Source: Acaryochloridaceae cyanobacterium VAR_48_metabat_390
GTDB taxonomy: Bacteria > Cyanobacteriota > Cyanobacteriia > Thermosynechococcales > Thermosynechococcaceae
Direction of reading: 5' to 3'
NCBI GenBank assembly: GCA_031422435.1
Contig: JANPLU010000014.1
Coordinates: forward strand, 1 to 64,000
Length of the DNA stretch: 64,000 bases
Shown here: in pieces, positions 1 to 10,791 of the stretch
Numbering within the stretch: the stretch's first letter is position 1
How the letters are laid out: the number at the start of each line of letters is the position of its first letter
Notes under the pieces: generated by a model
What the model was told of the DNA's origin: nothing
What the model saw: the letters and a program-made list of their open reading frames with translations, nothing else
The model's database searches: none
Made by a program: the position numbers and the translations under genes

Positions 1-130
1 TAGGCTCCCCAGCCATCTGTATAGAACTGAATAATACCAAAAGGTTCCAATAAGGGACTTCCAAACAAAAAAGTGCTCCGGTATAACCGTATAAAATCAT
101 AGTCATCCAAGTGCAGCAGGTGATGAGAGA

Positions 131-1353
131 TTGGAACTAACCGAGAGCCTGAAAACATTTCTAAAAGAAACCGCGCAAACCCTAAAAGGTCATGAACGTC
201 GCCGCTTTATGGCAAAGACCATTGAACAGCTTGGTTCAGGGGGACAGCGTTTGGCAGAACGAGAATTGGGATGGAACCGACATGTGATCCGCAAAGGCCA
301 ACGGGAAGTCAACAGTGGCATCATCTGCATCGATGCCTTTAGCAGTAGAGGGAGAAAGGCAACAGAAAGCCGCTTACCTCAACTTTTAGAAGATATTCGA
401 GCCATCGTGGATAGTCAGAGTCAAACTGACCCTCAGTTCAGAACCAATCGCCTTTACACTCGTTTGAGTGCAGCCCAACTGAGGATTGAGCTGATTGCCC
501 AAAAGGGATACAGCGATGAAGAATTGCCAACATCCGAAACCCTTCGCAAACGACTCAATGAGCTAGGATTCTTCCCCAGTAAAGTCGGCAAGACAAGACC
601 CAAAAAAAGATTGCCATGACCGATGCAATCTTCGAGCAACTCGACTTCGAGGTGTAGGAAGCGCAAGAAGACCCTACCGTCTTAACCACTGCCTTGGATG
701 CCAAGGCAGTGGTTAAGATTGGGCCATTTTCGAGAGGCGGTAAAAGCCGAACGGACACCCAAGGCTGTGACCATGATTTTCATCCCAAGGCGACCGTCAC
801 ACCCTACGGTATCTTCCTACCTCAACTCAATGAGGTGTTTCTGTATTTGGCAACCTCCAAAGTCACCAGTGACTTTATGGCAGACACGCTAGATACTTGG
901 TGGAATAGTAATCGTGAGCGATTCGGTCACGTTAAAACCCTGCTCATCAATCAGGATAATGGCCCAGAGAATCATTCGCGTCGCACTCAATTTATGAAGC
1001 GCATGGTTGAGTTTTCCCTTACCCATAAACTCAACCTTCGACTGGCCTATTACCCGCCCTATCACAGTAAATATAACCCCATTGAGCGAGTCTGGGGAGT
1101 CCTGGAAAATCACTGGAATGGGGACATTTTGGATGAAATTGAGACGGTCGTAAAGTTTGCTCAGACGATGACTTGGATGGGGAAACATCCGGTGGTCACG
1201 CTGGTCACAAAGACCTATCAGACTGGTGTAAAGTTAACCCAAAAAGCAATGGCTCATGTTGAAACCCAAATTGAACGGCTCACCCATTCAACGCTCGAAG
1301 GGCTTCCCGATCTCGGAAAGTGGTTTGTAGATATTTCGTATAGCCCAGGGTAA
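131..1353 (+). pseudogene. ISAzo13-family transposase split into 131-619 and 694-1353; probable -1 frameshift plus in-frame stop
   Basis: Motifs SQTDPQFRTNRLYTRL, DNGPENHSRRTQF, YYPPYHSKYNPIER; A7G run at 602-609 links the frames, but TAG at 655-657 lies in the downstream frame. Confidence 0.85.
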
Positions 1354-1383
1354 CGGTGGAGCGCTTTTTTCTTTGGAAGTCCC

Positions 1384-1665
1384 TTAGAACACCACTGGAA
1401 TGGAGACATCCACGATGAAATTGAGACTGTCGTGAAGTTTGCCCAGACGATGCGTTGAATGGGCAAGCATCCCGTGGTCACACTGGTCACACAAATTTAT
1501 CAGACGGGTGTGAAGTTAACCCAAAAAGCGATGGCTCATGTTGAAACCCAAATTCAACGACTCACCTATTCAAAACTCGAAGGGCTTCCTGATCTCGGAA
1601 AGTGGTTTGTGGATATTTTGTATAGTCCAGAGGGGTAGTGGAACGTTTTATTTTTTGGAAGTCCC
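1384..1665 (+). pseudogene. 3' remnant of a diverged sibling ISAzo13 transposase plus right IR
   Basis: Imperfect repeat of ~1102-1383 (CACTGGAATGG..., GTTGAAACCCAAATT, CTCGGAAAGTGGTTTGT) with TGG->TGA nonsense change. Confidence 0.85.
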
Positions 1666-1843
1666 TAACAGGCCGCACATAGCCGCGTACCCAGGTGTAA
1701 ATCGGGCGACGACCGCATCTGGGCAATGACAGGCAGTACTTTTCATAATCTTCGATAGCTCCGAGAACCGGCTACAGTAATGACAGTCTCTAAATACCTG
1801 CTTTCTGTTTTATTCTGAATTTTCAATTCAATTGAATTTTATT

Positions 1844-2995
1844 ATGGTGAAGCCTACTCAACGTCCTCAAAGCCCTAATTTTTCTTCCGGCCCTTGTGCA
1901 AAGAGACCTGGCTGGAATGTCCATGCCTTAAATGATGCACTTCTAGGTCGCTCTCACCGCTCTCGTTTGGGAAGAGAGCGCCTCAAAGAGGTTATCACCC
2001 GCACTAGAACAATTTTGGGAATTCCTGAATCGTATCTGTGTGGCATTGTCCCCGCCTCTGATACGGGTGCCGTTGAGTTGGCGCTGTGGTCACTGCTCGG
2101 AGAACGCGGCGTAGACATGGTGGCCTGGGAAAGTTTTGGCTCTAGCTGGGTCACGGATGTACAGAAACAGCTTAAGCTTAGCGACTGCCGCACCTTTAAG
2201 GCTGACTACGGTATTTTGCCCGATTTCACACAGGTAGACTGCGATCGCGATGTGGTCTTCACCTGGAATGGAACCACTTCCGGCGTGAAGGTTCCCAATG
2301 CGGATTGGATACCCGATGCGCGTCAAGGCTTAACCATTGCCGATGCCACCTCTGCGGTGTTTGCGATGGAAATGCCTTGGTCTAAGCTAGATGTCGTCAC
2401 CTGGTCTTGGCAGAAAGTTATGGGGGGCGAAGCCGCTCACGGCATGCTGGTCTTAAGCCCTCGTGCGGTAGAACGACTCGAGCGCTATATCCCCACCTGG
2501 CCTTTACCTAAAATCTTTCGCATCACGAAGGGTAGCAAGGTAGACAGAGCCATCTTTGAAGGAGACACCATTAATACGCCCTCTATGCTGTGTGTTGAAG
2601 ATGCCTTAGATGGACTCAAGTGGGCAGAATCTATTGGTGGATTACCAGCACTACTGGAGCGATCGCAGTCCAATCTCAAGACCATTGAGGACTGGGCAGA
2701 GCGTACCGATTGGGTCGATTTTTTGGCCGTGGAGCCGATGACGCGATCCAATACATCCGTCTGTCTTAAGGTCGTTGATCCTTGGTTTGGAGCATTAACC
2801 GCGGAGGAACAGGCCAAAGTTATTAAAAAAATGGTGGCGCTGCTAGAGACAGAGCAGGTGGCCTACGATATTGCGTCCTACCGCGATGCCCCCTCAGGTC
2901 TTCGGATCTGGGCGGGCGCAACGGTAGAGAAAACGGATATTGAGGCGCTACTGCCGTGGCTAGACTGGGCTTATGCAGAAACTAAGGGAGCCTAA
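1844..2995 (+). CDS. serC: Phosphoserine aminotransferase (Methanosarcina/alphaproteobacterial type)
   Basis: [30 protein letters not shown] (PLP lysine), NTPSML, YRDAPxGLRIW. Confidence 0.9.
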   Translation: MVKPTQRPQSPNFSSGPCAKRPGWNVHALNDALLGRSHRSRLGRERLKEVITRTRTILGIPESYLCGIVPASDTGAVELALWSLLGERGVDMVAWESFGSSWVTDVQKQLKLSDCRTFKADYGILPDFTQVDCDRDVVFTWNGTTSGVKVPNADWIPDARQGLTIADATSAVFAMEMPWSKLDVVTWSWQKVMGGEAAHGMLVLSPRAVERLERYIPTWPLPKIFRITKGSKVDRAIFEGDTINTPSMLCVEDALDGLKWAESIGGLPALLERSQSNLKTIEDWAERTDWVDFLAVEPMTRSNTSVCLKVVDPWFGALTAEEQAKVIKKMVALLETEQVAYDIASYRDAPSGLRIWAGATVEKTDIEALLPWLDWAYAETKGA

Positions 2996-3038
2996 CTCAC
3001 AACTAGCATTTGTTGCGGGCTTGTTTGCATACAAAAAT

Positions 3039-4235
3039 TCAAGCCTTCTTTGTACACAATCTAAAGTACAAAGACTGTAAAAATTCCTTAAGCGGAAAAG
3101 CAATGTAGGTCAGCGGATTTACGGTGACAACGACATTGCGAAAATCTCGTTTGGCGAGTGCGACGGTTGCCCAAGCCACCCATCGGGATGTCATGACGCC
3201 ATAGGGGTTGAGCTGGCTCTTGAAGGGGCCTAGCACCAGCTTGCGAATAATGCAGGGTGCATCTAGTCGCCGGAGGGTGATCAAGTCGCCCAGGGTTCTC
3301 TTCGATAGCTCATACAGCGGACTAAAGGCTGGGTTCACTTCTGCTTCTGAGGTATTGATCCAGAGTTCCTTGATGGCTTTATGAGAAGACTTTGTGACGG
3401 TTTCTAAAAATAGCTCAGCTAACTTCAGCGTGGAGAAGGTATTCACTTCATAGGACTTTTGGATGGCGGCACTGGTGCGATCGCCGTATACGTTCACGCC
3501 ATGGTTCAAAATCAAAATGTCAATGCTGGCGAGTCGCACTTTAAGATCTGTTTCAGCCCCAAGCTGCCAAGCCAAAACCTCAACGCCCTCTCTAACCTGT
3601 ATATTTTGATTTGTACTAATTGCCACAACCTTGGCACCCTGTACAGACAGTTCTTCCATGAGTGCCTGCCCTAGCGATCCAGAAGCGCCCGTAATGCCGA
3701 CGACTTTATTTTTAAGCGAAAGACTGGTGCCCAGAATCTTATCGACTAAAGGAATAGTTGAGCAAAAATAGGCGTTGCCTTGGTCAAAATGATGCCGCCA
3801 ATGATAGGTGCGGTTCACGCTCCACTCGGATGGAATTTCAACCAGGTCGCCAGGTTTATGGGTGAGGTCGGTTTGGAGTAGCAAACCCTGAGAACGGGCG
3901 ATCGCCGGAATCAAAAAGCCCACGGAATACAGACAGCCGAACCAGACTGATAATCCATAGGACTGGAGTAGCCCAGCGGCTACTGCCGTGATGGCAACCA
4001 TTACCAAAGCCTCCGGCACATCGTTGTACCACTGCGCTTTTTGATAGGCTTCTCGACTCGTCATCGTTAGGTCGCGACGATAGGCTTTGTGATGGAGATT
4101 ATGAAACTCCTGTAACGGCTGCCAGTAGTGTCCTGCCAAATGATAGACATCTCGTATTATCTCAGCACCCATCACAGACCCTAACCCCAGAGAACCCTGG
4201 ATCAAGAGTTCACTAGATAGCAGATTGAAATCCAT
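3039..4235 (-). CDS. Bifunctional sterol desaturase / short-chain dehydrogenase
   Basis: His boxes (HNLHH, HWRHH) followed by Rossmann GITGASGSLG and YELSK. Confidence 0.85.
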   Translation of the reverse strand: MDFNLLSSELLIQGSLGLGSVMGAEIIRDVYHLAGHYWQPLQEFHNLHHKAYRRDLTMTSREAYQKAQWYNDVPEALVMVAITAVAAGLLQSYGLSVWFGCLYSVGFLIPAIARSQGLLLQTDLTHKPGDLVEIPSEWSVNRTYHWRHHFDQGNAYFCSTIPLVDKILGTSLSLKNKVVGITGASGSLGQALMEELSVQGAKVVAISTNQNIQVREGVEVLAWQLGAETDLKVRLASIDILILNHGVNVYGDRTSAAIQKSYEVNTFSTLKLAELFLETVTKSSHKAIKELWINTSEAEVNPAFSPLYELSKRTLGDLITLRRLDAPCIIRKLVLGPFKSQLNPYGVMTSRWVAWATVALAKRDFRNVVVTVNPLTYIAFPLKEFLQSLYFRLCTKKA

Positions 4236-4296
4236 CCGGTCTAAAACCGCCTTAACTTAAAATGTCAGCTTTACTTGTGTCAGTTTAACGCGATGT

Positions 4297-6357
4297 CTAA
4301 CCCTGCATTCGTTCGGTGACAAACGTCTTGAGTTTCTGCGTGTCTTTGCCGCGATTATGCCAGCGAGGGCTTTCTACCCCAATGTCCTGATGGTAGTCCC
4401 ACAGCTCATTCTGATAGGCATCAAAAAATTCTTTGACGGCTTGACGGTGGACTCTAAACACTGTTTCTAACACCCCTGCATTAATGGCAAAAGACTCCGA
4501 CGGATACAGACGATTCCAGTCTTTAATGCCGAGAACGATCGCCTCTGCCCGTTGAAATGCTTTGCCTGATTTAGGGCCACGGGTTTTAGAAAGGGGATTT
4601 GTGTTTGTTTGGCTTATTGCCTGTTGGGCAGGAGATAAGGACGGTGGAGGATTCTCTACAGGTGCTGTAAGGGGAGTAATTTCGTTAGGAAGGCGATCTG
4701 GGGTTAAGGGGGCAGAAGCGATGGTGAGATCGGCAATGGATTCAGGGCTGTCTGCTGCATCATCGGTTGGCTCGCTTCCGTTGAGCAGCAGCCGAAAGCG
4801 ATCTAGCTTATCTTGCGCTAGCTTTAACTTCTGCGCGAGTTCTGCGTTCTCCACCTGAAGCTGATTTAAGACTTCTGTATGGTTTCTTTGGGTTTGAGAA
4901 ACCGCCTGATCTCGCTCTAGTCTTAGCGCTAGGTTTTCTCGCTCAAGTCCTTCCACCCGACGGATAAACCAACCTGCATCAGATTCTTTACGAACCGCTT
5001 GAATCTGAGATTCAAACTCTGCCCTCAGACGCTCTAAGGCAGAAAACCACTCAGCACGCAGAGATTGAAGACCATTAGGGTTTACCACTACGGGGGCTAC
5101 TGTTTCTTGAGGTGCTTCTTGAGGTGCTTTTTGGAATACCTTATCGATGGCAGTTTTAGAATCTGTCATCATTGCTGGCGCAGGTTCGACGGACAGGGTG
5201 GTCTCATCTTCTGACACCAGTAACGTGTCTAGTGGGTTGCCTAGGGGCAACTGCTTCACCTTCGCCAACAGCACGCCCTTCTCTCGAATCAGATTCCCGT
5301 TCTCATCGCCTAGGGCAAACCGGAAATAGTGCCCCGTTGCAGGACTATCCATGACGTGCCCGAGAAAGTGCTGCACAAACACATACTCATGCTGGAGAGG
5401 AGGACAAAAAAAGTAAACTGCGATCGCCCCATACAAACTCCGCAGGTTATGCACTGAAACCGATTGCTTCCCTTCTAGGGGCGGCACTACCTGCATTAAG
5501 GCGGACGAACAGATGTTGTTGAGCTTTTGGTTGAACCGATTAAGTTCTTCAGAAAGCGCACTGCCCTTAAGCCGAGCGATCGCTTTGATTTCTGGCAATT
5601 GCCGCAGGCGGTTAATCGCTTCTAACACTTCATTTGCCGGAAAGAGCGTCACGATGTCATAGCCTTCAGACCGAGCGGTTCGGGTCTTGAGCTGACCTTC
5701 AAAGCGCAGCAAGTAGGGATGCGCTGTTAAGGAGAATGTGCCTTTTGCCATGACTTCGGCGAAGCGGCGTCCTGTCAGACCCGCGATCGCCGTTGCTAGC
5801 CACCGTGCTTCATAGATGCCGCTTTTACCCAGAAAGCCCCGCAGTAAGCTTAAGTAGCTCTCGACTGGAACCAGCCGCAGGTTTAGCTGTTTGTCTCGAT
5901 TGGTGAGCTGCGATCGCCTGTCGATGGTCTCATAAACCTCGGATGAATACTTGAGATAGGTCAGCGCCCAATGTTCAAAGCGCTCTTCATAAATGCCTGT
6001 GATGCGCTGCTGATAAAGATAGCGATGGCTATTGGTATCGGTGAGCGGGAGGGTTCCGTCTTCTATGGCGGCGGCGATCGCCTTTCGATAAACCGTTAAA
6101 TACTTTGCAACCGAAGCTGGAGGATACCCCTCCTCCAGCAGCTTAATCTCAGCATTACAGAGAGACTGAATCTCTATTTCTGTATTGACTTCGTGCAGTA
6201 AAGCAATAAACCCCTCCACCAACGCCTCAAGATCTGCTTTAGACAACCGCAGTCGCTTGCCCTGTTGAATGCGATCGCGAAAGTCGTCAATGATGTCGTT
6301 GCGAACCGTTTGTGACATTACGCTCATAATGCTTATTTTGACACCTCCCTGCGTCAA
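4297..6357 (-). CDS. Protelomerase (telomere resolvase)-family tyrosine recombinase with C-terminal coiled coil
   Basis: LTGRRFAEV, FEGQLK, HNLRSLYG, FLGH, TGHYF give an R-K-HxxR-H-Y catalytic set; start may be the ATG at 6327. Confidence 0.8.
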   Translation of the reverse strand: MTQGGVKISIMSVMSQTVRNDIIDDFRDRIQQGKRLRLSKADLEALVEGFIALLHEVNTEIEIQSLCNAEIKLLEEGYPPASVAKYLTVYRKAIAAAIEDGTLPLTDTNSHRYLYQQRITGIYEERFEHWALTYLKYSSEVYETIDRRSQLTNRDKQLNLRLVPVESYLSLLRGFLGKSGIYEARWLATAIAGLTGRRFAEVMAKGTFSLTAHPYLLRFEGQLKTRTARSEGYDIVTLFPANEVLEAINRLRQLPEIKAIARLKGSALSEELNRFNQKLNNICSSALMQVVPPLEGKQSVSVHNLRSLYGAIAVYFFCPPLQHEYVFVQHFLGHVMDSPATGHYFRFALGDENGNLIREKGVLLAKVKQLPLGNPLDTLLVSEDETTLSVEPAPAMMTDSKTAIDKVFQKAPQEAPQETVAPVVVNPNGLQSLRAEWFSALERLRAEFESQIQAVRKESDAGWFIRRVEGLERENLALRLERDQAVSQTQRNHTEVLNQLQVENAELAQKLKLAQDKLDRFRLLLNGSEPTDDAADSPESIADLTIASAPLTPDRLPNEITPLTAPVENPPPSLSPAQQAISQTNTNPLSKTRGPKSGKAFQRAEAIVLGIKDWNRLYPSESFAINAGVLETVFRVHRQAVKEFFDAYQNELWDYHQDIGVESPRWHNRGKDTQKLKTFVTERMQG

Positions 6358-6757
6358 AAGCGCTAATCCACGACATTCTGGCTAAACAAGGACTCTGATT
6401 TTATGACAAGATTATTGCGTTTTGTTAAAAAATGACAATTTCTGACAAGTTAAACGAGATCCGTCCCCGCAAAATTGTATAAAGTGATTCATAAGGGCAG
6501 CAACGGCGGTTCTCATTTATCTGAAACTCCCACTCCTCAAGCCATTGGGGAAATAACATAAAAGTTTAAATTTGTTTTATTCTTCACAGAATTTAACAGT
6601 ACGTTTGGGGAGTAGCGCACTTTAACTTCAGATTTAACCGTTTTCCGCTTTGTTAACGCCTCTCAATCACGCCACTGATTCAGACTGCCAAAACTTTGAC
6701 CGTTAAAGCAGCCTGAGTTGGAGCAGTCATAATCCAAGCTAATAGGAGACTCAAGAC

Positions 6758-7276
6758 ATGCTAGACGCATTTGCAAAGGTTGTAGCCCAAGCCGACGCTC
6801 GGGGTGAGTATATCAACGATTCTCAACTTGATGCTCTTTCCGCAATGGTTGCTGATGGCAGCAAGCGGATTGATACTGTTAACCGCATCACTGGCAACGC
6901 TTCTGCCATTGTTGCCAATGCAGCTCGCTCTTTGTTTGCAGAACAGCCTCAGTTGATTGCTCCTGGTGGAAACGCCTACACCAACCGTCGTATGGCTGCT
7001 TGCCTTCGCGATATGGAAATTATTCTTCGCTATGTGACCTATGCAATTTTCACCGGCGATGCCAGCATTCTAGATGACCGCTGCCTCAATGGCCTGCGCG
7101 AAACCTACCTTGCCCTTGGCGTTCCTGGCAGCTCTACTGCAACGGGCGTTAGCAAGATGAAGGAAGCTGCAATCGCAATTGCAAACGACAAGGCTGGCAT
7201 CACTCAAGGTGACTGCAGCGCACTGATGGCTGAAGTCGCAACCTACTTCGACCGCGCAGCGAGTGCTGTGGGTTAG
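6758..7276 (+). CDS. cpcB: C-phycocyanin beta subunit
   Basis: [32 protein letters not shown]. Confidence 0.98.
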   Translation: MLDAFAKVVAQADARGEYINDSQLDALSAMVADGSKRIDTVNRITGNASAIVANAARSLFAEQPQLIAPGGNAYTNRRMAACLRDMEIILRYVTYAIFTGDASILDDRCLNGLRETYLALGVPGSSTATGVSKMKEAAIAIANDKAGITQGDCSALMAEVATYFDRAASAVG

Positions 7277-7394
7277 TTTTAGCAAACCTTTTCTTTTGCT
7301 AAAGCGCCTTTCTTCGCATTCGTTGATAAGGGTGCGAACTCATGCATAACGAATTAAACCTTTTTTGTATACCCACTCGGGAGATAGCAAATCA

Positions 7395-7883
7395 ATGAAA
7401 ACTCCATTAACCGAAGCCGTTTCCGCAGCTGATTCTCAAGGACGTTTCCTCAGCAGCACTGAACTCCAAGTTGCGTTTGGTCGCTTCCGTCAGGCTGCTC
7501 CTAGCCTTCAGGCTGCTAAGGCTTTGTCTGCTAAGGCTGGTACTTTGGCTGAGGGTGCTGCAAATGCCGTCTACCAAAAATTCCCGTACACCACCAGCAT
7601 GCAGGGTGCAAACTATGCTTCTACCCCAACCGGTAAAGCAAAGTGTGCGCGTGACATCGGCTACTACCTCCGCATGATCACCTACTGCCTAGTTGCAGGT
7701 GGCACAGGTCCTATGGATGACTACCTCGTAGCTGGTTTGGCTGAAATCAACAGCACCTTTGAACTATCCCCTAGCTGGTATGTTGAAGCGCTGAAGTATA
7801 TCAAGGCGAACCACGGTCTTTCCGGCGACTCTGCTACCGAAGCCAATTCCTACATTGACTATGCTATCAATACCCTCAGCTAA
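7395..7883 (+). CDS. cpcA: C-phycocyanin alpha subunit
   Basis: [31 protein letters not shown]. Confidence 0.98.
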   Translation: MKTPLTEAVSAADSQGRFLSSTELQVAFGRFRQAAPSLQAAKALSAKAGTLAEGAANAVYQKFPYTTSMQGANYASTPTGKAKCARDIGYYLRMITYCLVAGGTGPMDDYLVAGLAEINSTFELSPSWYVEALKYIKANHGLSGDSATEANSYIDYAINTLS

Positions 7884-7935
7884 GTCTTTGACTTAAGCCA
7901 AGGCGCGATTGTTTAGCGTTGTCTTTTGACAAAAG

Positions 7936-7972
7936 AAAGGGTGTCAACTTCTACAAGAGGTTGGCACCCTTT
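7936..7972. terminator. Intrinsic terminator between convergent cpcA and MFS genes
   Basis: AAAGGGTGTCAAC...GTTGGCACCCTTT hairpin. Confidence 0.7.
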
Positions 7973-7976
7973 GCTT

Positions 7977-9182
7977 TTAGCGATTGAACTCAAGCTGGCT
8001 GTTCCGAGTTTTGCTAACCCATAGTACTGCGATCGCACTCACCCACGAAAATAGCCCGACGCTCCACCCTAAAAAGAGGGGAAGTTGGTTTGCATAGGAC
8101 ATATAAACGTTAAACAGCGCCCCTGCAAGGGCAGCGCCACCAAAGTAAAAGCCAATGCCTAAGCCACCCCTAGACAGTGGCACCATCATGAGAGCAAAGG
8201 GGATAGTCGCAACCCCAACCCCACTCATGCCTAAGCCCAATAGCAGCACCGCGACGAAGCGAACCGTTGACAGTGGCACCATTAATGTCCCCAACCCAAG
8301 CCCAAGCAGTCCTAACCCCAGCATCATTGTGGGGATATTGCCCCATCGCTGTGCGGCTCTGCCAATGGGCAACACCGTCACCAACTGTACGGTCAAAAAT
8401 AAAGTCATCAGCACGGGGGTTTGGGCTTGACCAAACACGCCAATTAGCTGCTGCATCAAAATCACGCCGAGGGTTACGGTGCTTCCGGTCAGGGCGATTA
8501 AGCTGAGGTTTGACCTAGACGGGGGCGGGGAGTCGGCGGCGATCACCGATAAATTCGTTTGAGTGGGCTGACTCCAGTTGAGGAGGGTGGCTGAGAGCAG
8601 CAAGATGATTGAGCTAATGCCAAAGGCAGATACAGCACCCATCCCCTGCAAAATTTGTTTAGAGGCAGGTAAGGCTAAAGTTCCGGCAATGGTGCCAACC
8701 AGCGTTAGTACGCTTGCCGCGTAAGGCCAGTCTTGTTGACAGGCAAATTCTCCTAGTCGAGCCAGCATGGGGGAGCGAAACATCGCCATTGCCATCGCCC
8801 AAAGTATAACAGCGCCGACAAAGAGCCACCGCAGAACGCTTTCAGGGTTGCCCAGCAGTATCATAATCGGCAGAAATAGCAGTAGCACCGAGGCCAGCAG
8901 AACGCCAATAGTGACAAAGGGCGCTCGTAAGCCCCATAGGGTCTTTTGACGATCTGACAAGCTGCCAAAGAGTGGCTCAATTAAAACCGCCAAAAACCCC
9001 TCGATGGCCAAAATAATGACCGCTGCATTTTTGGGAAACCCAAACTGCCCAAGCAGGTCAGGAATATACAAACGATACACAATCCAACACAGAACAATAG
9101 CGCCCTGCATAAGTGCCATCGCGAAGACGGGCTGCCAGTAGGTTTTTGGCTTTGCGGCGGAGGAATGCATAGAAAAATACAC
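7977..9182 (-). CDS. MFS transporter
   Basis: About 12 hydrophobic segments; motif A-like FGSLSDR. Confidence 0.8.
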   Translation of the reverse strand: MYFSMHSSAAKPKTYWQPVFAMALMQGAIVLCWIVYRLYIPDLLGQFGFPKNAAVIILAIEGFLAVLIEPLFGSLSDRQKTLWGLRAPFVTIGVLLASVLLLFLPIMILLGNPESVLRWLFVGAVILWAMAMAMFRSPMLARLGEFACQQDWPYAASVLTLVGTIAGTLALPASKQILQGMGAVSAFGISSIILLLSATLLNWSQPTQTNLSVIAADSPPPSRSNLSLIALTGSTVTLGVILMQQLIGVFGQAQTPVLMTLFLTVQLVTVLPIGRAAQRWGNIPTMMLGLGLLGLGLGTLMVPLSTVRFVAVLLLGLGMSGVGVATIPFALMMVPLSRGGLGIGFYFGGAALAGALFNVYMSYANQLPLFLGWSVGLFSWVSAIAVLWVSKTRNSQLEFNR

Positions 9183-9240
9183 CTAAAAAAGAGGGTTGAA
9201 GGTCTCTAATTCCATCCCTTGATCACCCTAAGGTCTGGGG

Positions 9241-10026
9241 CTAGATGGTGCCAGACAAGACCCGAGTACCCGTCGGCGCAATGGCGGCTTCTTTTTGGGC
9301 AACGGTGACAAATAGCCCTGTGGCTTTTGTGCCCGGGGGCGGAACCTGGGGCGGCTGAATCGGGCGAGAAATGCTCCCGTTTGGATTGGTCTGAAATTCA
9401 CCGCAGTAGATGGTTTGCTGGTTATTAAGGTTTAACCACAGCCGATAAACCTGATCGGCTGGTAAGGGCGGTAAGTTTTGAGCTGACACGACAACCTTTT
9501 GCCATTTACCAGGGGTAAAGAGAAGCGTACCACTGGCTTCACTGGCGGTTGGGCTGGTTAAGGAAACCAGTTTGCTGTTGGGGCGCTGCAATAAAGTGGC
9601 GGCGACGTTTGGGGTGGTTTGCTGCTGAGCAAGGCTAAGGTCTTGCCGAAGCCGGAAGTTGTCCCAAACCAACACTGCGGTTACAAGCAGGGCGAACAAT
9701 GCTGTGATTTTACTCCAGTCGATTTTGGGGCGGGATGTTTTTTGAGGTTGACCGAGGGGTAACGCCTCTATTTCATCCAAAACGCTGTCATCTAACACAC
9801 CCAAGGCGGCGAGGGTTTTTGCTCGCAGATGGGCAGGTGGGGTTAACTGGGGTACGTCTAGCGCAAGGCTACCCAGCACCATTTGTAGGTCGCGGACTTC
9901 TTGCTGCACGGCAACGTCGGTCTGCATTATTTGCTCAAAGACGACCAGTTCCTCTGGGTCTAGCTCGTCAAGGACATAGCTAGCGGCGAGGGCTTTGGTT
10001 TCCTCGGTTAGGGTGGAGTGTTTCAT
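9241..10026 (-). CDS. Anti-sigma factor, RskA-like
   Basis: N-terminal YVLDELDPEE, PPAHLR, one TM helix, C-terminal LPPLPADQVYRLW; directly downstream of the ECF sigma. Confidence 0.85.
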   Translation of the reverse strand: MKHSTLTEETKALAASYVLDELDPEELVVFEQIMQTDVAVQQEVRDLQMVLGSLALDVPQLTPPAHLRAKTLAALGVLDDSVLDEIEALPLGQPQKTSRPKIDWSKITALFALLVTAVLVWDNFRLRQDLSLAQQQTTPNVAATLLQRPNSKLVSLTSPTASEASGTLLFTPGKWQKVVVSAQNLPPLPADQVYRLWLNLNNQQTIYCGEFQTNPNGSISRPIQPPQVPPPGTKATGLFVTVAQKEAAIAPTGTRVLSGTI

Positions 10027-10028
10027 TT

Positions 10029-10601
10029 TTAACTATCCTTGTCTTTGCCCAGTTGCCCAGGGGCAATCTGCGTTTTGAGCTGAACCAATGCCTGCCGAAG
10101 ACGGCTTTTGACGACCCCTGAGGTAAGACCTAAAGATTCAGAAATTTGGCTGTGGCTCATGCCCTGATAGTAATTAAGTTCTAAAATCTGACGCTGCAGG
10201 GCGGGGATCTGCTGCATTGCCTGCCCAATCATGGCCTGGGTTTCTCGGGTCGTGGCGGCTTCTAAAGGAGAGGGATCTGTAGACCCTTCGGCGATGGTCT
10301 GCTGCCAGCGAGCCAGAAAACTCTGGGTTGTATTGCGCTGCCGAATTTTGTCGATCGCCCGAGAGCGAGTCAGTACGCCTAAAAAGCTACTTAAGGCTCC
10401 CCGTGTTGGATCAAAGTAGTCTTTTTCCCAAAATGTGACGAAAATGTCTTGGGTTAGGTCTTCGGCTTCTTGGGCGTTTTGCAGCACTCGATAGGCAATG
10501 CTATAGACTAATCCAGCATAACGATCGTAAAGAATGGCGATCGCCCGTTGCTCACCCACTCGCCAACGATGAACAAGTTCAGCATCAGATAAGTCTTTCA
10601 T
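10029..10601 (-). CDS. ECF sigma-70 factor (SigK-like)
   Basis: LYDRY, AEDLTQDIF, RSRAIDKIR, region 4 GVVKSRLR. Confidence 0.92.
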   Translation of the reverse strand: MKDLSDAELVHRWRVGEQRAIAILYDRYAGLVYSIAYRVLQNAQEAEDLTQDIFVTFWEKDYFDPTRGALSSFLGVLTRSRAIDKIRQRNTTQSFLARWQQTIAEGSTDPSPLEAATTRETQAMIGQAMQQIPALQRQILELNYYQGMSHSQISESLGLTSGVVKSRLRQALVQLKTQIAPGQLGKDKDS

Positions 10602-10791
10602 AGATCCTGGGTTGTGCCTAAGTTGCCCACATTTTATCGGGACATCTCACCCCCCAAGCTCTTGTTTGCGAGATTGACATGATTTCAATCTCGCAGTGGT
10701 ACTGAAGCCTCACTGTCATTTTTGGCTAGAGCTTAGTCGTTTTAAGCTGTATAGAATCTAATCTGCAAGAGGTCTAATGTAAGTTTTTCTC

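Larger units (their letters stand above)
54..1665 (+). mobile_element. ISAzo13-family insertion sequence, composite with a second (remnant) right end
   Basis: Left IR GGGACTTCCAAAcAAAAAAG from 54; right IRs ...TTTGGAAGTCCC ending 1383 and 1665; TAA at 51-53 and 1666-1668 (likely 3-bp TSD); Rhodopirellula-type DDE transposase inside. Confidence 0.88.

Noticed and set aside
1538..1729. 63-aa ORF (and the minus-strand ORF 1254-1490)
   Set aside because: Alternative frames over the IS remnant
5103..5128. Tandem TTCTTGAGGTGC repeat
   Set aside because: Encodes APQE-APQE in a low-complexity linker of the protelomerase
4297..6357. Prophage or integrated plasmid around the protelomerase
   Set aside because: No structural, replication or partition genes and no att repeats; HIP1 sites within the gene indicate long residence
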